From: the human T2T-CHM13v2.0 reference genome, Homo sapiens
NCBI RefSeq assembly: GCF_009914755.1
Contig: NC_060940.1
DNA: 64,000 nucleotides
Strand: one strand, 5' to 3'
Shown here: positions 53,701 to 64,000 of the stretch, piece by piece
Position numbering within the stretch: position 1 is the stretch's first letter
How the letters are laid out: each line of letters begins with the position of its first letter
Made by a program: the position numbers and the translations under genes
The notes under the pieces: generated by a model
What the model saw: the letters and a program-made list of their open reading frames with translations, nothing else
Databases searched by the model: none
Told to the model about the DNA's origin: nothing

Positions 53701-56700
53701 ACTCACAGAGTTGAACGATCCTTTACACAGAGCAGATTTGAAACACTGTTTTTCTGGAATTTGCAAGTGGAGATTTCAGCCGCTTTGAGGTCAATGGTAG
53801 AAAAAGAAATATCTTCGTATAAAAACTAGACAGAATGATTCTCAGAAACTCCTTTGTGATGTGTGCGTTCAACTCACAGAGTTTAACTTTTCTTTTCACA
53901 GAGCAGTTAGGAAACACTCTGTTTGTGAAGCCTGCCAGTGGATATTCGGACCTCTTTGAGGCCTTCGTTGGAAACGGGATTTCTTCATATTATGCTAGAC
54001 AGAAGATTTCTCAGTAACTTCTTTGTGTTGTGTGTATGCAACTCACAGAGTTCAACCTTCCTTTAGACAGAGCAGATTTGAAACACTCTTTTTGTGGAAT
54101 TTGCAAGTGGAGATTTCAAGCGCTTCGATGCCAATGGTAGAAAAGGAAATATCTTCGTATAAAAACAAGACAAACTCGTTCCCAGACACTGCGTAGTGAT
54201 GTGTGTGTTTAACTCACAGAGTTTAACCTTTCTTTTCATACAGCATTCTGGAAACCCTCTGTTTGTAAAGTCTGCAAGTGGATATTTGGACCTATTAGAT
54301 GCCTTCGTTGGAAACGGGATTTCTTCATATAATGCTAGAGGGAAGAATTCTTAGTAACTTCTTTGTGTTGTGTGTATTCAACTGACAGAGTTGAACCTTC
54401 CTTTAGACAGAGCAGATTTGAAAGTCTCTTTTTGTGGAATTTGCAAGTGGAGATTTCAAGCGCTTTGAGGCCAAAAGCAGAAAAGGAAATATTTTCCTAT
54501 AAAAACTAGACAGAATCTTTCTCAGAAACTGCTCTGGGATGTGTGCGTTCAACTCACAGAGTTTAACTTTTCTTTTCATTCAGCAGTTTGGAAACACTCT
54601 GTTTGGAAAGTCTGCACGTGGATATTTTGACCTCTTTGAGGCCTACATTGGAAACGGGTTTTTTTCATGTAACGCTAGACAGAAGAAATCTCAGTAACTT
54701 CCTTGTGTTGTGTGTATTCAACTGACAGAGTTGAACCTTCCTTTAGACAGAGCAGATTCGAAACACTCTTTTTCTGCAATTTGCAAGTGGAGACTTCAAG
54801 CGCTTTGAGGCCAAAGGCAGAAAAGGAAATATCTTCGTATAAAAACCCGACAGAATCATTCTCAGAAACTGCTCTGTGATGTGTGCGTTCAACTCACGGA
54901 GTTTAACTTTTCTTTTCATTCAGCAGTTTGGAAACACTCTGTTTGTAAAGTCTGCAAGTGGATATCTTGGCCTCTTAGAGGCCTTCGTTGGAAACGGGTT
55001 TTTTCATGTAAGGTTAGACAGAGGAATTCCCAGTAACTTCCTTGTGTTGTGTGCATTCAACTCACAGAGTTGAATGATTCTTTACACAGAGCAGATTTGA
55101 GACACTCTTTTGGTGGAATTTGTAAGTGGAGAATTCAGCTGCTTTGAGGTCAACGGTAGAAAAGGAAATATCTTCGTATAAAAACTAGACAGAATGATTC
55201 TCAGAAACTGTTTTGTGATGTGTGCGTTCAACTCACAGAGTTTAACCTTTCTTTTCAAAGAGCAGTTAGGAAACACTCTGTTTGTAAAGTCTGCAAGTGG
55301 ATATTCAGACCTCTTTGAGGCCTTCGTTGGAAACGGGATTTCTTCATATTATGCTAGACAGATGAATTCTCAGTAACTTCCTTGTGTTGTGTGTATTCAA
55401 CTCACAGAGTTGAACGATCCTTTACACAGAGCAGATTTGAAACACTGTTTTTCTGGAATTTGCAAGTGGAGATTTCAGCTGCTTTGAGGTCAATGGTAGA
55501 AAAGGAAATATCTTCGTATAAAAACTAGACAGAATGATTCTCAGAAACTCCTTTGTGATGTGTGCGTTCAACTCACAGAGTTTAACCTTTCTTTTCACAG
55601 AGCAGTTAGGAAACACTCTGTTTGTGAAGCCTGCCAGTGGATATTCGGACCTCTTTGAGGCCTTCGTTGGAAACGGGATTTCTTCATATTATGCTAGACA
55701 GAAGATTTCTCAGTAACTTCTTTGTGTTGTGTGTATGCAATTCACAGAGTTCAACCTTCCTTTAGACAGAGCAGATTTGAAACACTCTTTTTGTGGAATT
55801 TGCAAGTGGAGATTTCAAGCGCTTTGAGGCCAAAAGCAGAAAAGGAAATATTTTCCTATAAAAACTAGACAGAATCTTTCTCAGAAACTGCTCTGTGATG
55901 TGTGCGTTCAACTCACAGAGTTTAACTTTTCTTTTCATTCAGCAGTTTGGAAACACTCTGTTTGTAAAGTCTGCAAGTGGATATCTTGGCCTCTTAGAGG
56001 CCTTCGTTGGAAACGGGTTTTTTCATGTAAGGATAGACAGAGGAATTCCCAGTAACTTCCTTGTGTTGTGTGCATTCAACTCACAGAGTTGAATGATTCT
56101 TTACACAGAGCAGATTTGAGACACTCTTTTGGTGGAATTTGTAAGTGGAGAATTCAGCCGCTTTGAGGTCAACGGTAGAAAAGGAAATATCTTCGTATAA
56201 AAACTAGACAGAATGATTCTCAGAAACTGTTTTGTGATGTGTGCGTTCAACTCACAGAGTTTAACCTTTCTTTTCAAAGAGCAGTTAGGAAACACTCTGT
56301 TTGTAAAGTCTGCAAGTGGATATTCAGACCTCTTTGAGGCCTTCGTTGGAAACGGGATTTCTTCATATTATGCTAGACAGATGAATTCTCAGTAACTTCC
56401 TTGTGTTGTGTGTATTCAACTCACAGAGTTAAACGATCCTCTACACAGAGCAGATTTGAAACACTGTTTTTCTGGAATTTGCAAGTGGAGATTTCAGCCG
56501 CTTTGAGGTCAATGGTAGAAAAGGAAATATCTTCGTATAAAAACTAGACAGAATGATTCTCAGAAACTCCTTTGTGATGTGTGCGTTCAACTCACAGAGT
56601 TTAACCTTTCTTTTCACAGAGCAGTTAGGAAACACTCTGTTTGTGAAGCCTGCCAGTGGATATTCGGACCTCTTTGAGGCCTTCGTTGGAAACGGGATTT

Positions 56701-59700
56701 CTTCATATTATGCTAGACAGAAGATTTCTCAGTAACTTCTTTGTGTTGTGTGTATGCAACTCACAGAGTTCAACCTTCCTTTAGACAGAGCAGATTTGAA
56801 ACACTCTTTTTGTGGAATTTGCAAGTGGAGATTTCAAGCGCTTCGATGCCAATGGTAGAAAAGGAAATATCTTCGTATAAAAACAAGACAAACTCGTTCC
56901 CAGACACTGCGTAGTGATGTGTGTGTTTAACTCACAGAGTTTAACCTTTCCTTTCATACAGCATTCTGGAAACCCTCTGTTTGTAAAGTCTGCAAGTGGA
57001 TATTTGGACCTCTTAGATGCCTTCGTTGGAAACGGGATTTCTTCATATAATGCTAGAGGGAAGAATTCTTAGTAACTTCTTTGTGTTGTGTGTATTCAAC
57101 TGACAGAGTTGAACCTTCCTTTAGACAGAGCAGATTCGAAACACTCTTTTTCTGCAATTTGCAAGTGGAGACTTCAAGCGCTTTGAGGCCAAAGGCAGAA
57201 AAGGAAATATCTTCGTATAAAAACCCGACAGAATCATTCTCAGAAACTGCTCTGTGATGTGTGCGTTCAACTCACAGAGTTTAACTTTTCTTTTCATTCA
57301 GCAGTTTGGAAACACTCTGTTTGTAAAGTCTGCAAGTGGATATCTTGGCCTCTTAGAGGCCTTCGTTGGAAACGGGTTTTTTCATGTAAGGTTAGACAGA
57401 GGAATTCCCAGTAACTTCCTTGTGTTGTGTGCATTCAACTCACAGAGTTGAATGATTCTTTACACAGAGCAGATTTGAGACACTCTTTTGGTGGAATTTG
57501 TAAGTGGAGAATTCAGCTGCTTTGAGGTCAACGGTAGAAAAGGAAATATCTTCGTATAAAAACTAGACAGAATGATTCTCAGAAACTGTTTTGTGATGTG
57601 TGCATTCAACTCACAGAGTTTAACCTTTCTTTTCAAAGAGCAGTTAGGAAACACTCTGTTTGTAAAGTCTGCAAGTGGATATTCAGACCTCTTTGAGGCC
57701 TTCGTTGGAAACGGGATTTCTTCATATTATGCTAGACAGATGAATTCTCAGTAACTTCCTTGTGTTGTGTGTATTCAACTCACAGAGTTGAACGATCCTT
57801 TACACAGAGCAGATTTGAAACACTGTTTTTCTGGAATTTGCAAGTGGAGATTTCAGCCGCTTTGAGGTCAATGGTAGAAAAAGAAATATCTTCGTATAAA
57901 AACTAGACAGAATGATTCTCAGAAACTCCTTTGTGATGTGTGCGTTCAACTCACAGAGTTTAACCTTTCTTTTCACAGAGCAGTTAGGAAACACTCTGTT
58001 TGTGAAGCCTGCCAGTGGATATTCGGACCTCTTTGAGGCCTTCGTTGGAAACGGGATTTCTTCATATTATGCTAGACAGAAGATTTCTCAGTAACTTCTT
58101 TGTGTTGTGTGTATGCAACTCACAGAGTTCAACCTTTCTTTAGACAGAGCAGATTTGAAACACTCTTTTTGTGGAATTTGCAAGTGGAGATTTCAAGCGC
58201 TTCGATGCCAATGGTAGAAAAGGAAATATCTTCGTATAAAAACAAGACAAACTCGTTCCCAGACACTGCGTAGTGATGTGTGTGTTTAACTCACAGAGTT
58301 TCACCTTTCTTTTCATACAGCATTCTGGAAACCCTCTGTTTGTAAAGTCTGCAAGTGGATATTTGGACCTCTTAGATGCCTTCGTTGGAAACGGGATTTC
58401 TTCATATAATGCTAGAGGGAAGAATTCTTAGTAACTTCTTTGTGTTGTGTGTATTCAACTGACAGATTTGAACCTTCCTTTAGACAGAGCAGATTTGAAA
58501 GTCTCTTTTTGTGGAATTTGCAAGTGGAGATTTCAAGCGCTTTGAGGCCAAAAGCAGAAAAGGAAATATTTTCCTATAAAAACTAGACAGAATCTTTCTC
58601 AGAAACTGCTCTGGGATGTGTGCGTTCAACTCACAGAGTTTAACTTTTCTTTTCATTCAGCAGTTTGGAAACACTCTGTTTGGAAAGTCTGCACGTGGAT
58701 ATTTTGAGCTCTTTGAGGCCTTCGTTGGAAACGGGTTTTTTTAATGTAACGCTAGACAGAAGAAATCTCAGTAACTTCCTTGTGTTGTGTGTATTCAACT
58801 GACAGAGTTGAACCTTCCTTTAGACAGAGCAGATTCGAAACACTCTTTTTCTGCAATTTGCAAGTGGAGACTTCAAGCGCTTTGAGGCCAAAGGCAGAAA
58901 AGGAAATATCTTCGTATAAAAACCCGACAGAATCATTCTCAGAAACTGCTCTGTGATGTGTGCGTTCAACTCACGGAGTTTAACTTTTCTTTTCATTCAG
59001 CAGTTTGGAAACACTCTGTTTGTAAAGTCTGCAAGTGGATATCTTGGCCTCTTAGAGGCCTTCGTTGGAAACGGGTTTTTTCATGTAAGGTTAGACAGAG
59101 GAATTCCCAGTAACTTCCTTGTGTTGTGTGCATTCAACTCACAGAGTTGAATGATTCTTTACACAGAGCAGATTTGAGACACTCTTTTGGTGGAATTTGT
59201 AAGTGGAGAATTCAGCTGCTTTGAGGTCAACGGTAGAAAAGGAAATATCTTCGTATAAAAACTAGACAGAATGATTCTCAGAAACTGTTTTGTGATGTGT
59301 GCGTTCAACTCACAGAGTTTAACCTTTCTTTTCAAAGAGCAGTTAGGAAACACTCTGTTTGTAAAGTCTGCAAGTGGATATTCAGACCTCTTTGAGGCCT
59401 TCGTTGGAAACGGGATTTCTTCATATTATGCTAGACAGATGAATTCTCAGTAACTTCCTTGTGTTGTGTGTATTCAACTCACAGAGTTGAACGATCCTTT
59501 ACACAGAGCAGATTTGAAACACTGTTTTTCTGGAATTTGCAAGTGGAGATTTCAGCTGCTTTGAGGTCAATGGTAGAAAAGGAAATATCTTCGTATAAAA
59601 ACTAGACAGAATGATTCTCAGAAACTCCTTTGTGATGTGTGCGTTCAACTCACAGAGTTTAACCTTTCTTTTCACAGAGCAGTTAGGAAACACTCTGTTT

Positions 59701-62700
59701 GTGAAGCCTGCCAGTGGATATTCGGACCTCTTTGAGGCCTTCGTTGGAAACGGGATTTCTTCATATTATGCTAGACAGAAGATTTCTCGGTAACTTCTTT
59801 GTGTTGTGTGTATGCAATTCACAGAGTTCAACCTTCCTTTAGACAGAGCAGATTTGAAACACTCTTTTTGTGGAATTTGCAAGTGGAGATTTCAAGCGCT
59901 TTGAGGCCAAAAGCAGAAAAGGAAATATTTTCCTATAAAAACTAGACAGAATCTTTCTCAGAAACTGCTCTGTGATGTGTGCGTTCAACTCACAGAGTTT
60001 AACTTTTCTTTTCATTCAGCAGTTTGGAAACACTCTGTTTGTAAAGTCTGCAAGTGGATATCTTGGCCTCTTAGAGGCCTTCGTTGGAAACGGGTTTTTT
60101 CATGTAAGGATAGACAGAGGAATTCCCAGTAACTTCCTTGTGTTGTGTGCATTCAACTCACAGAGTTGAATGATTCTTTACACAGAGCAGATTTGAGACA
60201 CTCTTTTGGTGGAATTTGTAAGTGGAGAATTCAGCCGCTTTGAGGTCAACGGTAGAAAAGGAAATATCTTCGTATAAAAACTAGACAGAATGATTCTCAG
60301 AAACTGTTTTGTGATGTGTGCGTTCAACTCACAGAGTTTAACCTTTCTTTTCAAAGAGCAGTTAGGAAACACTCTGTTTGTAAAGTCTGCAAGTGGATAT
60401 TCAGACCTCTTTGAGGCCTTCGTTGGAAACGGGATTTCTTCATATTATGCTAGACAGATGAATTCTCAGTAACTTCCTTGTGTTGTGTGTATTCAACTCA
60501 CAGAGTTAAACGATCCTCTACACAGAGCAGATTTGAAACACTGTTTTTCTGGAATTTGCAAGTGGAGATTTCAGCCGCTTTGAGGTCAATGGTAGAAAAG
60601 GAAATATCTTCGTATAAAAACTAGACAGAATGATTCTCAGAAACTCCTTTGTGATGTGTGCGTTCAACTCACAGAGTTTAACCTTTCTTTTCACAGAGCA
60701 GTTAGGAAACACTCTGTTTGTGAAGCCTGCCAGTGGATATTCGGACCTCTTTGAGGCCTTCGTTGGAAACGGGATTTCTTCATATTATGCTAGACAGAAG
60801 ATTTCTCAGTAACTTCTTTGTGTTGTGTGTATGCAACTCACAGAGTTCAACCTTCCTTTAGACAGAGCAGATTTGAAACACTCTTTTTGTGGAATTTGCA
60901 AGTGGAGATTTCAAGCGCTTCGATGCCAATGGTAGAAAAGGAAATATCTTCGTATAAAAACAAGACAAACTCGTTCCCAGACACTGCGTAGTGATGTGTG
61001 TGTTTAACTCACAGAGTTTAACCTTTCTTTTCATACAGCATTCTGGAAACCCTCTGTTTGTAAAGTCTGCAAGTGGATATTTGGACCTCTTAGATGCCTT
61101 CGTTGGAAACGGGATTTCTTCATATAATGCTAGAGGGAAGAATTCTTAGTAACTTCTTTGTGTTGTGTGTATTCAACTGACAGAGTTGAACCTTCCTTTA
61201 GACAGAGCAGATTCGAAACACTCTTTTTCTGCAATTTGCAAGTGGAGACTTCAAGCGCTTTGAGGCCAAAGGCAGAAAAGGAAATATCTTCGTATAAAAA
61301 CCCGACAGAATCATTCTCAGAAACTGCTCTGTGATGTGTGCGTTCAACTCACAGAGTTTAACTTTTCTTTTCATTCAGCAGTTTGGAAACACTCTGTTTG
61401 TAAAGTCTGCAAGTGGATATCTTGGCCTCTTAGAGGCCTTCGTTGGAAACGGGTTTTTTCATGTAAGGTTAGACAGAGGAATTCCCAGGAACTTCCTTGT
61501 GTTGTGTGCATTCAACTCACAGAGTTGAATGATTCTTTACACCGAGCAGATTTGAGACACTCTTTTGGTGGAATTTGTAAGTGGAGAATTCAGCTGCTTT
61601 GAGGTCAACGGTAGAAAAGGAAATATCTTCGTATAAAAACTAGACAGAATGATTCTCAGAAACTGTTTTGTGATGTGTGCATTCAACTCACAGAGTTTAA
61701 CCTTTCTTTTCAAAGAGCAGTTAGGAAACACTCTGTTTGTAAAGTCTGCAAGTGGATATTCAGACCTCTTTGAGGCCTTCGTTGGAAACGGGATTTCTTC
61801 ATATTATGCTAGACAGATGAATTCTCAGTAACTTCCTTGTGTTGTGTGTATTCAACTCACAGAGTTGAACGATCCTTTACACAGAGCAGATTTGAAACAC
61901 TGTTTTTCTGGAATTTGCAAGTGGAGATTTCAGCCGCTTTGAGGTCAATGGTAGAAAAAGAAATATCTTCGTATAAAAACTAGACAGAATGATTCTCAGA
62001 AACTCCTTTGTGATGTGTGCGTTCAACTCACAGAGTTTAACCTTTCTTTTCACAGAGCAGTTAGGAAACACTCTGTTTGTGAAGCCTGCCAGTGGATATT
62101 CGGACCTCTTTGAGGCCTTCGTTGGAAACGGGATTTCTTCATATTATGCTAGACAGAAGATTTCTCAGTAACTTCTTTGTGTTGTGTGTATGCAACTCAC
62201 AGAGTTCAACCTTTCTTTAGACAGAGCAGATTTGAAACACTCTTTTTGTGGAATTTGCAAGTGGAGATTTCAAGCGCTTCGATGCCAATGGTAGAAAAGG
62301 AAATATCTTCGTATAAAAACAAGACAAACTCGTTCCCAGACACTGCGTAGTGATGTGTGTGTTTAACTCACAGAGTTTCACCTTTCTTTTCATACAGCAT
62401 TCTGGAAACCCTCTGTTTGTAAAGTCTGCAAGTGGATATTTGGACCTCTTAGATGCCTTCGTTGGAAACGGGATTTCTTCATATAATGCTAGAGGGAAGA
62501 ATTCTTAGTAACTTCTTTGTGTTGTGTGTATTCAACTGACAGATTTGAACCTTCCTTTAGACAGAGCAGATTTGAAAGTCTCTTTTTGTGGAATTTGCAA
62601 GTGGAGATTTCAAGCGCTTTGAGGCCAAAAGCAGAAAAGGAAATATTTTCCTATAAAAACTAGACAGAATCTTTCTCAGAAACTGCTCTGGGATGTGTGC

Positions 62701-64000
62701 GTTCAACTCACAGAGTTTAACTTTTCTTTTCATTCAGCAGTTTGGAAACACTCTGTTTGGAAAGTCTGCACGTGGATATTTTGAGCTCTTTGAGGCCTTC
62801 GTTGGAAACGGGTTTTTTTAATGTAACGCTAGACAGAAGAAATCTCAGTAACTTCCTTGTGTTGTGTGTATTCAACTGACAGAGTTGAACCTTCCTTTAG
62901 ACAGAGCAGATTCGAAACACTGTTTTTCTGCAATTTGCAAGTGGAGACTTCAAGCGCTTTGAGGCCAAAGGCAGAAAAGGAAATATCTTCGTATAAAAAC
63001 CCGACAAAATCATTCTCAGAAACTGCTCTGTGATGTGTGCGTTCAACTCACGGAGTTTAACTTTTCTTTTCATTCAGCAGTTTGGAAACACTCTGTTTGT
63101 AAAGTCTGCAAGTGGATATCTTGGCCTCTTAGAGGCCTTCGTTGGAAACGGGTTTTTTCATGTAAGGTTAGACAGAGGAATTCCCAGTAACTTCCTTGTG
63201 TTGTGTGCATTCAACTCACAGAGTTGAATGATTCTTTACACAGAGCAGATTTGAGACACTCTTTTGGTGGAATTTGTAAGTGGAGAATTCAGCTGCTTTG
63301 AGGTCAACGGTAGAAAAGGAAATATCTTCGTATAAAAACTAGACAGAATGATTCTCAGAAACTGTTTTGTGATGTGTGCGTTCAACTCACAGAGTTTAAC
63401 CTTTCTTTTCAAAGAGCAGTTAGGAAACACTCTGTTTGTAAAGTCTGCAAGTGGATATTCAGACCTCTTTGAGGCCTTCGTTGGAAACGGGATTTCTTCA
63501 TATTATGCTAGACAGATGAATTCTCAGTAACTTCCTTGTGTTGTGTGTATTCAACTCACAGAGTTGAACGATCCTTTACACAGAGCAGATTTGAAACACT
63601 GTTTTTCTGGAATTTGCAAGTGGAGATTTCAGCTGCTTTGAGGTCAATGGTAGAAAAGGAAATATCTTCGTATAAAAACTAGACAGAATGATTCTCAGAA
63701 ACTCCTTTGTGATGTGTGCGTTCAACTCACAGAGTTTAACCTTTCTTTTCACAGAGCAGTTAGGAAACACTCTGTTTGTGAAGCCTGCCAGTGGATATTC
63801 GGACCTCTTTGAGGCCTTCGTTGGAAACGGGATTTCTTCATATTATGCTAGACAGAAGATTTCTCAGTAACTTCTTTGTGTTGTGTGTATGCAATTCACA
63901 GAGTTCAACCTTCCTTTAGACAGAGCAGATTTGAAACACTCTTTTTGTGGAATTTGCAAGTGGAGATTTCAAGCGCTTTGAGGCCAAAAGCAGAAAAGGA
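50780..64000 (+). repeat. (6+8+10) 24-mer super-repeat, 4077-bp period, three copies plus a partial fourth
   Basis: Anchors 50799, 54876, 58953 and 63030 are 4077 bp apart; private SNPs are shared between the later copies. Confidence 0.93.

Larger units (their letters stand above)
1..64000 (+). repeat. Alpha-satellite higher-order repeat array, SF1 dimeric type (active-centromere-like); runs off both window edges
   Basis: Continuous ~170-bp tandem monomers with alphoid hallmarks (TTCTCAGAAACT...GATGTGTGCGTTCAACTCACAGAG; GGAAATATCTTCGTATAAAAACTAGACAGAA). There is a 340-bp alternation and a CENP-B box in alternate monomers, and HOR copies differ by only a few substitutions. Confidence 0.99.

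Noticed and set aside
287-63830. CRISPR-like pattern of a constant 17-bp motif at regular spacing
   Set aside because: The intervening ~323 bp are themselves repeats rather than unique spacers, there are no cas genes, and the motif is the CENP-B box.
180-63870. About 230 short ORFs of 60-90 aa on both strands (MMCAFNSQ..., MFPNCS..., MILRN..., MEFASG...)
   Set aside because: They are chance stop-free frames in alpha satellite. They overlap on opposite strands, repeat with the HOR and appear or vanish with single SNPs. They were used only as positional markers.
1-64000. Hidden transposon, inversion or unique-sequence insertion
   Set aside because: Unit spacings account for the whole length, all boxes are on the + strand, and no Alu, L1, poly(A) tail or non-alphoid sequence was seen.
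1-64000. The 6/8/10 order as a functional code or novel biological system
   Set aside because: The order is explained by nested duplications and recombination traced by shared SNPs. Nothing in the sequence indicates that it is read out.

Overview
The whole 64 kb is primate, most likely human, centromeric alpha-satellite. It is one uninterrupted, single-orientation array of ~170-bp monomers in a ~340-bp dimer rhythm, with a CENP-B box (CTTCGTTGGAAACGGG[A/T]) in every second monomer, i.e. a suprachromosomal family 1 (SF1, J1/J2) higher-order repeat (HOR). I found no genes, RNA genes, transposons, CRISPR arrays or inversions, and all ORFs in the track are translations of the satellite. The full HOR is a 1699-bp 10-mer, here labelled A1 A2 B1 B2 C1 C2 D1 D2 E1 E2, where the 1-monomers carry the box. 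This fits chromosome 16 D16Z2 best, by inference from HOR size and family rather than alignment. Spacing between A1 monomers gives the unit order 6,10,10,6,10,10,6,8,10,6,10,6,6,8,10,10,12,8,10,10,10,6,6,6,6,10,6,8,10,6,6,10,6,6,8,8,8,6,8,10,6,8,10,6,8,10,(6). That is 17 ten-mers, 18 six-mers (1019 bp), 10 eight-mers (1359 bp) and one 12-monomer interval (2039 bp) among 46 complete units. I do not see a new biological system. What merits a second look is the array's mutational record: a 6-mer with two junctions, five different 8-mer breakpoints, super-HOR duplications (26-mer and 24-mer), a nested 6-mer amplification, a junction lying over a CENP-B box, and a few broken boxes. All comparisons were made by eye.
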